A DNA stretch of 64,000 nucleotides. Source: Gemmatimonadaceae bacterium. GTDB taxonomy: Bacteria; Gemmatimonadota; Gemmatimonadetes; Gemmatimonadales; Gemmatimonadaceae. Shown piece after piece: positions 9,235-17,004 of the stretch. How positions within the stretch are numbered: the stretch's first letter is position 1; each line of letters opens with the position of its first letter. The stretch spans positions 2,542-66,541 of the forward strand of contig DATFGW010000104.1 of assembly GCA_035249045.1 (NCBI GenBank), given 5' to 3'. Under the pieces are notes generated by a model. The model saw only the letters and a list, made by a program, of their open reading frames with translations. It was not told where the DNA came from and did no database searches. The position numbers and the translations under genes were made by a program.

Positions 9235-10169
9235 TCGCCGTCACCAAGGCCCCGCCCTATCTCACCGTTCAGGATTGCGGTCGGAAACGCGCGCGCTCGT
9301 TCGGCGTTCCACCCGGCGGTGCGATGGATGCCTTCGCACTTCAAGCAGCCAACGCCATCCTCGACAATGAGCTCGATGCCGCGGCGCTCGAGTGGGCGCT
9401 TGGCGGGGGCACGATTCGCTTCGAGCAGGACTGCGGCTGCGCCATCGCCGGCGCTTCGGTGCGAGCGACCGTCGGCGGGCATCCGATCGCTCCCTGCACG
9501 AGCACCATCGCGCGAGCGGGCGACGAGCTCGCCGTCGACCAGATCGACGCGGGACGGTTCGTTTACGTCGCAGTCAGTGGTGGAATCGATGTGCCCCAAT
9601 TGCTGGGAAGCAGGTCGACTTACCTGCCGGGAAAATTCGGCGGGTTCGACGGTCGAATGCTCAAGACCGGCGATATGATCCCCCGGTGCGACGCCAAGTT
9701 GCCAGGGCGTCAAGTTCACTGCGCCGCCGAGCTGCTGCCCAGGTACGACACCGGCATCGTTCACGTAACGCCGGGCCCGCAGGAAGATTTCTTCGACGAC
9801 GGCTCGTGGCGAATCCTGTGCGAAAGCGAGTATCGCATCGCCAACGCTTCGGATCGCACCGGCTACCGGCTGGAAGGCCCGGCCCTCCCCGCGGCACCGG
9901 CGGCGTTACCCTCCGAGCCCGGGTGTCCGGGCGCAATTCAGATTCCCGGCGATGGCCTGCCGATCGTATTGATGGCCGACGCCCCGACGGTTGGGGGTTA
10001 TCCGAAAATCGCCGTCGTCGCCGAGTCCGATCTGCCGATTCTGGCGCAGCGGCGGCCGGGGGACGGTATCCGATTCGAGCGCACTACCCTCGAGCAAAGC
10101 CGACGCGCACTGCGCCGCCGACACGCGGACCTGCAGTCCATTCGCCAGTTGGCCCGCTCCGCGCGCTGA
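9231..10169 (+). CDS. pxpC: 5-oxoprolinase subunit C (KipA family)
   Basis: TVQDCGR, GVPPGGAMD, LGSRST, DRTGYRL, GAIQIP, TVGGYPKIA. Confidence 0.88.
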   Translation: MIAVTKAPPYLTVQDCGRKRARSFGVPPGGAMDAFALQAANAILDNELDAAALEWALGGGTIRFEQDCGCAIAGASVRATVGGHPIAPCTSTIARAGDELAVDQIDAGRFVYVAVSGGIDVPQLLGSRSTYLPGKFGGFDGRMLKTGDMIPRCDAKLPGRQVHCAAELLPRYDTGIVHVTPGPQEDFFDDGSWRILCESEYRIANASDRTGYRLEGPALPAAPAALPSEPGCPGAIQIPGDGLPIVLMADAPTVGGYPKIAVVAESDLPILAQRRPGDGIRFERTTLEQSRRALRRRHADLQSIRQLARSAR

Positions 10170-10205
10170 CAACCCTTTTCTGATCCGCAGGCACGCGTCT
10201 GCCGT

Positions 10206-10221
10206 CGGCGCGGCTCCTGCA
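10206..10221 (+). promoter_or_regulatory. Candidate sigma54 promoter
   Basis: CGGCGC-GGCTC-CTGCA (GG-N10-GC) about 50 nt upstream of the ATG at 10272. Confidence 0.4.
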
Positions 10222-10271
10222 TATGAGAAGGAGTCGCCGCAGTTCGCGGCCCACTTACTGTTGGAGGTCAC

Positions 10272-10709
10272 ATGGAACGCATCGAGAGTGAAATCACCAG
10301 CACCGAGCCCGGAAACGATTCGAGTGGAATCGACCAACCGGTATCGGATCAGGGCGGTGTGGGAGGCAGGGTGAAAAGCGTTGCATCTACCGTCCGGCAA
10401 AAAGCATCCACCCTTCCCGCGCTGATCGCCGACGGTCTCGAGGCAGGCGCCAACGCATTGCGTCAGAACAAAGTCGCTACAGTCACTGATACCGGCAGCT
10501 CCGCCTCGGGCGTCTCGGGCGACTCGAGCATCACCGCAGTCACCGACACTCTTGCAACCGGAATGCAGTCGAGCGCCGATTGGATCCGCGACGCGGACCT
10601 CGACAAGCTCAAATCGGGAGTCGAGAAACAGGTGAAAGAACATCCGGCCAGATCGCTGCTCGTCGCACTGGGCGCCGGCTACCTGATCGGAAAGGCTTTC
10701 CGCCGCTAG
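10272..10709 (+). CDS. ElaB/YqjD/DUF883-like tail-anchored protein
   Basis: GGAGG RBS; C-terminal VKEHPARSLLVALGAGYLIGKAFRR membrane anchor. Confidence 0.65.
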   Translation: MERIESEITSTEPGNDSSGIDQPVSDQGGVGGRVKSVASTVRQKASTLPALIADGLEAGANALRQNKVATVTDTGSSASGVSGDSSITAVTDTLATGMQSSADWIRDADLDKLKSGVEKQVKEHPARSLLVALGAGYLIGKAFRR

Positions 10710-11102
10710 ATGAAACTCGCTGACGGTCGATCGAGCTCGCGCGGAGTCGGCCAGCTCCTTCGCGAAGTTGCGGAAGACGGCGCCCACCTCGCCCGGCAGG
10801 AAGTCCATCTCGCGCGCATCGAGTTCGCGCAGATAGCGCGCGACATCGGCAAGGGCACCGGATTCACCGTCGCAGCGGCGATGATCGGAATGCTGACGGT
10901 GCAGATGCTGGTGTTCGGAATCGTGCTGTTGATGGGGGATGCGCTGTTTAGCGGCCACTACTGGATCGCGGCATTCGTGCTGACCGCCGTCCTCGGCGGC
11001 CTCGCGTTCTTTTTGTTGAAGAAAGGCACCGCGCTGCTCTCGCCGCGGAACATCAAGCCCGAGCAAACCCTGGCAACCCTACGGAGGCACAAGGATGCCT
11101 GA
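10710..11102 (+). CDS. YqjE-like (holin superfamily III-type) membrane protein
   Basis: LARQEVHLARIE motif, two TM helices, C-terminal PEQTLATL. Confidence 0.7.
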   Translation: MKLADGRSSSRGVGQLLREVAEDGAHLARQEVHLARIEFAQIARDIGKGTGFTVAAAMIGMLTVQMLVFGIVLLMGDALFSGHYWIAAFVLTAVLGGLAFFLLKKGTALLSPRNIKPEQTLATLRRHKDA

Positions 11103-11511
11103 GACGACGACCGACGTTCGCGCCGACATCGAGCAGACCAAAGAGCGAATGTCCAGTGCGATCACCGAACTCGAGCGCAAAGTCGATTTGACGCACCAGA
11201 TCCGCGAGCACCCATGGGCAGCGGTCGGGATCGCAATTGGCGCCGGCATCGCGTTGAGCGCTTCCAGTGCCGACGTGAGATCCGCGCGCGTTACGTCCGA
11301 CGCGACGAGAAAAACCGGCAGCAAGCTGGGCGTTGCCCTCGACGGGATCGTCGCGTCGCTACTGACCGGTGTCACTGCCGCGATTCATGAGCGCATCGAT
11401 GGCGCAGTGAACGAAGTCGCGAGCTCGATTCGCGGCAGGCCTTCGGCGCGCAGCGATCTCGGCTCGATGCGCTCGACCGAAGCACCGGACCTGCCGATCA
11501 GGGCGGACTAG
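11095..11511 (+). CDS. DUF3618 domain protein
   Basis: N-terminal VRADIEQTKERMSSAITELERKV followed by REHPWAAVGIAIGAG. Confidence 0.7.
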   Translation: MPETTTDVRADIEQTKERMSSAITELERKVDLTHQIREHPWAAVGIAIGAGIALSASSADVRSARVTSDATRKTGSKLGVALDGIVASLLTGVTAAIHERIDGAVNEVASSIRGRPSARSDLGSMRSTEAPDLPIRAD

Positions 11512-11578
11512 TCGAGCGCTCGCCGGGTCGGCGCGTGAGTCTTGCGCGGACCGCCATAGTTTTCTAAATAGGGGGCCT

Positions 11579-11610
11579 GCGAGGCGAGGGTAAACCCTCG
11601 CCTCGCCTTT
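11579..11610 (+). other. Perfect 12-bp GC-rich hairpin upstream of the cytochrome gene
   Basis: GCGAGGCGAGGG-TAAA-CCCTCGCCTCGC followed by CTTT. Confidence 0.7.
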
Positions 11611-11625
11611 CATCGGAGTGGGCCC

Positions 11626-12513
11626 GTGAGCTCCTGGATCCGGCTGGCGCAGGTCGTAGCCATCGTGTTTTGCCTCGCCGGGCTCGGGCATGGCCTCGCG
11701 CGCGGATCCCGCATTGCGTCCGGTTCGGAGCTGCAGGCGGTAAAGCCGCGCGTCGCGTTCCGGATACCGTCCGAGAATGAGCTGCGTGATAGCGGCTACC
11801 GCGCGGCCGCGCTTCGGGGGCGCGCGATCCTTCTCGCGACGCGTGACAGCCTGCCGCGCAATGTCGGCAACGGACTTCGGTGCGCGAGCTGTCACCTCGA
11901 TGGCGGGTTACGCAAGAACGCGATGCCGTGGGTGGGGAGCTATTCTCGCTTCCCTCAGTACCGCGCCAGGAGCGGCAAGGTTGATCTGATCGAGGATCGC
12001 ATCAACGATTGCTTTCGCCGCAGCCTGAACGGCCGCGCGCTCGAGCCCGTCGGCCGCGACATGCGCGACATCGTCGCGTACCTCGCATTCCTCTCGACAG
12101 GCATTCCCGTCGGTCACGAGATGGACGGCGCCGGATTGCCCCGACTGCTGCCGATGAATGGCAGCGCTGGACGCGGCAGCACCGTATTCGCCACGACCTG
12201 CGCGCGCTGTCACGGCGCGACGGGCCAGGGCACCGCAATCGCGCCGCCGCTCTGGGGACCGCGTTCGTACAACGTTGGCGCCGGCATGGCCAACATCATC
12301 ACTGCCGCATCATTCATCTACCAATTGATGCCAATCGATCGCGCGCAACAGCTCACCCCGCAGCAGGCCTTCGACGTTGCCACTTACATCAACACCCGAC
12401 CGCGCCCCGACTTCGCGGGAAAATCGCGCGACTGGCCACACGGCGGCAGACCAGCCGCAGCTGAATATCGCGTATTGCCGCATCCCACCCTCCCCAAGGA
12501 GAAGTCGCCATGA
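11626..12513 (+). CDS. Diheme c-type cytochrome, TsdA (thiosulfate dehydrogenase)-like
   Basis: Signal-like N-terminus, CASCH and CARCH heme motifs, RINDCFRRSLNG (TsdA-type Cys motif), PPLWG..SYNVGAGM, C-terminal LMP. Confidence 0.8.
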   Translation: MSSWIRLAQVVAIVFCLAGLGHGLARGSRIASGSELQAVKPRVAFRIPSENELRDSGYRAAALRGRAILLATRDSLPRNVGNGLRCASCHLDGGLRKNAMPWVGSYSRFPQYRARSGKVDLIEDRINDCFRRSLNGRALEPVGRDMRDIVAYLAFLSTGIPVGHEMDGAGLPRLLPMNGSAGRGSTVFATTCARCHGATGQGTAIAPPLWGPRSYNVGAGMANIITAASFIYQLMPIDRAQQLTPQQAFDVATYINTRPRPDFAGKSRDWPHGGRPAAAEYRVLPHPTLPKEKSP

Positions 12514-13211
12514 ACAACGACTCGCTTCCATTGCCGGACCGCAGGGAATTTCTCGGTAGAATCGCCGCCGGAGCGGTCGCGCTTGGCCTGACCGGAACGG
12601 CGGCGCCGGCGTTCGCCGACGGCCGCAGACGGAAAACCGAGATCGAGCCGAGCGACAAATGGCTCACCGCACTGACCGGCAAACATCGTCAGTTCTTCGA
12701 CATGCCCAATCATCAGAACGGCATGGGTCTCATTCACGTGCGCAATTATCTCAATGCAATGCGCGACGTTTATCATGTTCAGCATCCCAACGTCACCGCC
12801 GTCGTCTCGCTCTACGGCATGTCGACGATGATGGGATTCAACGATGCGATGTGGCAGAAGTACGGAATCGCAAACCCTCTCAAGGTGATGGACGCGTCGA
12901 ACGCGCCGGCAACCTCCAACGTCTTCGCCGCCGCTCCTCCGGGCTCCGAAACGCTCGCGGTCAGCGGCGCTCCGATCGGTATCCCAGCTGACTCCTCGAT
13001 GACATCCCTGCAGCAGCGCGGCGCGGTCTTCATCCTCTGCAACAACGCCTTCAACGTGTGGATGGGATTGCTCGGCGGTGGCGGCGAAAAGTCGGCAGCG
13101 CTCCGCAAGGAATTCGAGGCCAACATGCTGCCCGGCGTTTTCCTCGTGCCGGCGATGGTTGTCGCCATCAATCAGGCACAAACGCACGGCTGCACCTACA
13201 TGTACTTGTGA
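12510..13211 (+). CDS. Tat-exported protein with a DsrE-like C-terminal region
   Basis: DRREFL twin-arginine signal; LQQRGAVFILCNNA and VPAMVVAINQAQTHGCTY resemble DsrE/DsrF-like folds; ATGA overlap with the cytochrome gene. Confidence 0.65.
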   Translation: MNNDSLPLPDRREFLGRIAAGAVALGLTGTAAPAFADGRRRKTEIEPSDKWLTALTGKHRQFFDMPNHQNGMGLIHVRNYLNAMRDVYHVQHPNVTAVVSLYGMSTMMGFNDAMWQKYGIANPLKVMDASNAPATSNVFAAAPPGSETLAVSGAPIGIPADSSMTSLQQRGAVFILCNNAFNVWMGLLGGGGEKSAALRKEFEANMLPGVFLVPAMVVAINQAQTHGCTYMYL

Positions 13212-13346
13212 CCTTTTCCGAACCGAAGGTACACCGCAGGCTTCGATGTCGACGTCGGTCGTTAACAACACCGAGCATGGCGCGTCTCTCCACATGAATG
13301 GCGCGAGTGCGCCAGACGAATGATTCCCCGCAGAGTAAGGAGAGAG

Positions 13347-13727
13347 ATGATGTCGATAGCGAAGCTTGCGGCGTTTACGGCCGCCCTGGTAATTGCAGCG
13401 AGCACCAACGCGTCGGCGCAGTCGACGCAGGCAACTCTCAAGGCGCCACCGCACATGACCAGAGCACGCCTCGCAGTGTGGTGCAAGAATCACCCGACCG
13501 CGGTCGCCGATTGCAAGGAAGTGCGTGGTGACACCCGCGAGATTAGAACTGACCGCAAGGAAGCCCGCATCGATCGCAAGGAAGTGCGCGCCGACCTCAA
13601 GGCCGGCGACAGAAAGGAAGCCCGCCAGGATGCCCGCGAGCTGAAATCCGATCGCAAGGAGATCCGCAAGGACAAGCGCGACCGGCGCCAGGACGTCCGC
13701 GACGCACGCAAGGACGCGCGCAAGTAA
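13347..13727 (+). CDS. Secreted protein with a charged heptad-repeat tail
   Basis: AAGGAG RBS, signal peptide ending ASA-Q, tandem DxKExRx heptads. Confidence 0.7.
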   Translation: MMSIAKLAAFTAALVIAASTNASAQSTQATLKAPPHMTRARLAVWCKNHPTAVADCKEVRGDTREIRTDRKEARIDRKEVRADLKAGDRKEARQDARELKSDRKEIRKDKRDRRQDVRDARKDARK

Positions 13728-13751
13728 GTCTTTCTTCGCAATGCCGAAAAG

Positions 13752-13792
13752 ACAGAAACGCCCACCGCGACCATCGCGATGGGCGTTTCTGT
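13752..13792. terminator. Hairpin, probable terminator between convergent genes
   Basis: ACAGAAACGCCCA...TGGGCGTTTCTGT 13-bp outer stem. Confidence 0.7.
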
Positions 13793-13809
13793 TGTTGACG
13801 GCGGGTGCT

Positions 13810-13964
13810 ACTGAAGACTACCAGCTAAGTGCTGTGAGCGGAGCAGCTCGCGGCTCCGAGCCCGGTTGGATGAAAAGCAAAGCTTCTGACTCGGTGCAGT
13901 TATCAAATATTTGCTCGGGGCTCCGAGCTGCTCCGCTCACAGCACCCAGCTGGTAGTCTTCAGT
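13810..13964. repeat. 52-bp inverted repeat pair (47/52 identical) around a 51-bp spacer; REPIN/MITE-like
   Basis: Arms 13810-13861 and 13913-13964 (ACTGAAGACTACCAGCT...CCGAGC). Confidence 0.85.
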
Positions 13965-13969
13965 TGGTC

Positions 13970-16222
13970 CTATTGCGCCGGCGCCAGCTCCGGCGGAGTG
14001 GGCGCCTTTAGGAAACGGTTGAGGAACTCGTCCGACACCGCGCGAATGAGTCGCGCGCTCTGCGCGTTGTAGGCGGCGCCGTGACGACCCGGCGGGTAGA
14101 TGCGCAGATCCGCATCGCGTCCCGCATTGGTGAGCGCTGTCAGGAGCTGCATGGTGTTCTGCGGGTGGACATTGTCATCCATCATCGAGTGGATGAGCAA
14201 CAGCTTTCCGCGCATCTTCGCCGCCTGCTCGGTGGGTGCGCTCTCGATGTAGCCTTTCTCATTGTCATGCAGCAGGCCCATGTAGCGCTCGGTGTAAATC
14301 GTGTCGTACAGGCGCCAGTCGGTGCCGGGAGAGTTCGCGACTCCGACGCGGAATATCTCCGGATACATCTCCATCGTGTAGACCGTGGCATAACCACCGT
14401 AGCTGGTACCCATGATCGCGATGCGCGCGGGGTCCACGTAGCTCTGCTTCGATAGATACTTGGCCGCCTCCGCGAAATCGAGCGCTTCATACTTGCCCAG
14501 CTGCTTGTAGACGACCTTCATGAAATCGCGGCCGTAGTTGTTCGCGCCCCGATTGTTCAGCCCGATGATGATGTAGCCTTCCTGGGCCAGCCACTGATCC
14601 CAGCCGCTCGCGCCGAACTGGTCGTACACCTGCTGCGACCCCGGCCCGCCGTAGATGTCGAAGATCACCGGATAACGCTTGCCCGGATCGAAAGGGATCG
14701 GCTTGATCATGCTGCCGTCGAGACGGACGCCGTCCGAGGTCGTGAACGAGAACAGCTCTGTGGGGGCGTACGCGTGGGTCTCGAGCCACTTCGACGTCGC
14801 CGCGTTGTTCTCGAGCGTGCGCAGCTTTTGCCCCGCCGCGGACCACAGCTCCACCTGCAGCGGCTGCTTCACTGATGAATAGCGGTCGATGAAATAGGTC
14901 GCCGTCGGCGCCATGTCGATTCTGTGATTGCCCTCGGCGGTGGTGATGCGCCGTTCGCCGGTGCCGTCGAAGTGAATCGAGTAAAGCTGGCGTTGGAGCG
15001 GCGACGCTTCCGTCGATGTGTAGTAGATCGTCTGGGCCTTGGCGTCGCTGCCCTCGACGCGTGTGACGCTCCAGTTGCCGTGAGTGACCTGGTTCACCAG
15101 CTTGCCCGAATAGTCGTAGCGGTACAGATGCTGGAATCCGTCGCGGTCGCTCAGCCAGAAGAACTGGGTGGAGTTGGAGGGAAACGTCATCATGTCTTCG
15201 ACGCCGGCGTAGAAATCGTAGACGTCGATCCACGTCTTGGACGTCTCGGACATCACCTCACGCCGACCACCGGTTCTGACGTCGAAGAAATAGAGCGTCA
15301 TCTTGTTCTGCGGCCGGTTGAGCGTAATCACCGCCAGCGTGTCCGGCCGGCTCGTCCAGTAGATCCGCGGGATGTAGTACTCGCCCTTCTCGCCGACGTC
15401 GAGCCAGGTCTTCTGGCCGCTACCGACGTTCACCACTCCAATGCGAACCGTCGCGTTGGAATCTCCCACCTGCGGAATGCGCAGCCGCTCCCACTCCTGG
15501 TGCAAGCCCGAGTAATCCGAGATCTGAATCACCGGCTCCGCGGAGTCGTTCAGCTGCCAGTACGCGATGTAACGGCTGTCCGGCGACCACTTCCAGGCCT
15601 GCGCCTCGCCAAACTCTTCCTCATAGACCCAGTCGAAGTGTCCGTTGTAAACGTGCTCGGATGCATCGCTGGTCAGTCGCTTTTCCTGATGGTTCGACAG
15701 GGTGGTGACGTACATGTCGCCGTCGCGCTCGAATCCGAGCATCGCGCCGTTGGGCGAGAGCTCGCCGGTTCGCGCGCCCTTCGTCGCGAGCTGCATACTG
15801 CGATCGGCAAGCGAGTAGATGTAGAAGTCGGAGATTCCCGACCGCCGGAAAATCGGCTGGAAATTGCTCTGGAAGACGAGATGCTTCGAGTCCTGTGCCC
15901 ACTGGAACGAGTCGTAGCTGAAAGGCTCGTTGGTGCCGGGGAAGCTGACCCCGGCGGTCGTGAATAGCAGCGCATCCTTTCCCGTCGCCGGATCGAATGC
16001 GCGAATCACCGGCGTCCGGGTCGTAGGATCGATGTCGATGTACGAGTAGCGCCTCCCGTCTTCGAACCAATTCACATCGCGCGGCCCCTGCCTGCCGCGC
16101 AGAATCGCGCCGGCCTGAAGCGCCTCGTCCCTGCTGGAGAAGCGTTGTTTTTGCTGCGCCCCCGCGACGAGAGGCAGGGCGATGACGAGCGCGACGAAGT
16201 AAAGCTTCGAGGTCTTTCGCAT
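13970..16222 (-). CDS. S9B dipeptidyl-peptidase IV-like serine peptidase, secreted
   Basis: Signal peptide, DWVYEEEF, YGGPGSQ, GTSYGGY nucleophile motif, DDNVH, H(GAAY). Start placed at MRKTSK. Confidence 0.9.
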   Translation of the reverse strand: MRKTSKLYFVALVIALPLVAGAQQKQRFSSRDEALQAGAILRGRQGPRDVNWFEDGRRYSYIDIDPTTRTPVIRAFDPATGKDALLFTTAGVSFPGTNEPFSYDSFQWAQDSKHLVFQSNFQPIFRRSGISDFYIYSLADRSMQLATKGARTGELSPNGAMLGFERDGDMYVTTLSNHQEKRLTSDASEHVYNGHFDWVYEEEFGEAQAWKWSPDSRYIAYWQLNDSAEPVIQISDYSGLHQEWERLRIPQVGDSNATVRIGVVNVGSGQKTWLDVGEKGEYYIPRIYWTSRPDTLAVITLNRPQNKMTLYFFDVRTGGRREVMSETSKTWIDVYDFYAGVEDMMTFPSNSTQFFWLSDRDGFQHLYRYDYSGKLVNQVTHGNWSVTRVEGSDAKAQTIYYTSTEASPLQRQLYSIHFDGTGERRITTAEGNHRIDMAPTATYFIDRYSSVKQPLQVELWSAAGQKLRTLENNAATSKWLETHAYAPTELFSFTTSDGVRLDGSMIKPIPFDPGKRYPVIFDIYGGPGSQQVYDQFGASGWDQWLAQEGYIIIGLNNRGANNYGRDFMKVVYKQLGKYEALDFAEAAKYLSKQSYVDPARIAIMGTSYGGYATVYTMEMYPEIFRVGVANSPGTDWRLYDTIYTERYMGLLHDNEKGYIESAPTEQAAKMRGKLLLIHSMMDDNVHPQNTMQLLTALTNAGRDADLRIYPPGRHGAAYNAQSARLIRAVSDEFLNRFLKAPTPPELAPAQ

Positions 16223-16265
16223 TTCCAGTCTGGTTTGGGAAGGGGCGATCAAACTACGCGAACGA

Positions 16266-16427
16266 TCATGCCGTCCGCTTGTTGCGCGGATCGGCGCGCT
16301 GTTCAGCGCACGTTCTGCACAAAGTTACGCCGCGGAACGTGCAGATGATGCAGATGAAAGTCCCGCAGTTCTCACAGGGATATCCCTCGGACGCGCGCTC
16401 CTCATTATGGCAGGATCGGCAAATCAT
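16266..16427 (-). CDS. Small zinc-finger-like protein (53 aa, four CxxC pairs)
   Basis: CRSC, CENC, CIIC, CRTC. Confidence 0.6.
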   Translation of the reverse strand: MICRSCHNEERASEGYPCENCGTFICIICTFRGVTLCRTCAEQRADPRNKRTA

Positions 16428-16519
16428 GGCATCGCGTTCGCGAAGGATCTGGCGCATCAGGACGACTTGGGTTGCAGCCGCGAGTAGAAAGACAGTGCGG
16501 CCGGAAGGCTCAATCTATA

Positions 16520-16864
16520 TCAGGGCCCACATTTGACAACGCGCTTCGCCGCTTGCAGCCACGTCGCGAGCCGGTCGGGGCCGGCGTCCTCCCAGCCCTC
16601 GGGAATCGGCGCCAAACGGCGCTTTTCACCGGACCCCTCGAAACAGAGCCAGCCGCCGCTGTACTCGCTCGCGACCTCGATCGTGCGGCGAAATGGACTC
16701 TTGCGCCGCTCCGGGGTGCGACGGCGGTCGGGAATACCGTCCATTCCCGCGGGCTGCGCCCGCGCCACCCGGCGGTCGATCTTCCTTCGCTCCGCCGCCG
16801 CCGGCGTCACCACCCACACTTCCCACCGCTTGCCCGTCGAGTCGAGAAAGGTTCGATAACTCAC
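16520..16864 (-). CDS. Hypothetical protein with ERR/DRR motifs
   Basis: GGAGG RBS and GTG start (SYRTFLDSTGKRWEVW...GWLCFE...EKRRLAPIPEGWE). Confidence 0.7.
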   Translation of the reverse strand: MSYRTFLDSTGKRWEVWVVTPAAAERRKIDRRVARAQPAGMDGIPDRRRTPERRKSPFRRTIEVASEYSGGWLCFEGSGEKRRLAPIPEGWEDAGPDRLATWLQAAKRVVKCGP

Positions 16865-16920
16865 ACCATTTCCTCCGTCGCCGGTTCGCGCCGAGCCCGG
16901 GCTGACAGAGGATTCTGTTT

Positions 16921-16936
16921 TGCACGGCGGGTGCCA
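16921..16936 (-). promoter_or_regulatory. Candidate sigma54 promoter
   Basis: Minus-strand TGGCAC-CCGCC-GTGCA, close to the TGGCAC-N5-TTGCA consensus. Confidence 0.6.
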
Positions 16937-17004
16937 CAAAGCCCCTTATCGGCCCCCTTTGATCACATTCTTTTGCGCAGCAAACACACGTATTTGGCGC
17001 TCGA

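Noticed and set aside
10710-11102. Prophage lysis gene
   Set aside because: The holin-like label belongs to a YqjE-type cellular family, and no phage genes are nearby.
16455-16512. Selenocysteine read-through of a short TTG-started ORF ending TCC-TGA-TGC upstream of the zinc-finger ORF
   Set aside because: Read-through ends after a few codons, is out of frame with the Cys-rich ORF, and no convincing SECIS is visible.
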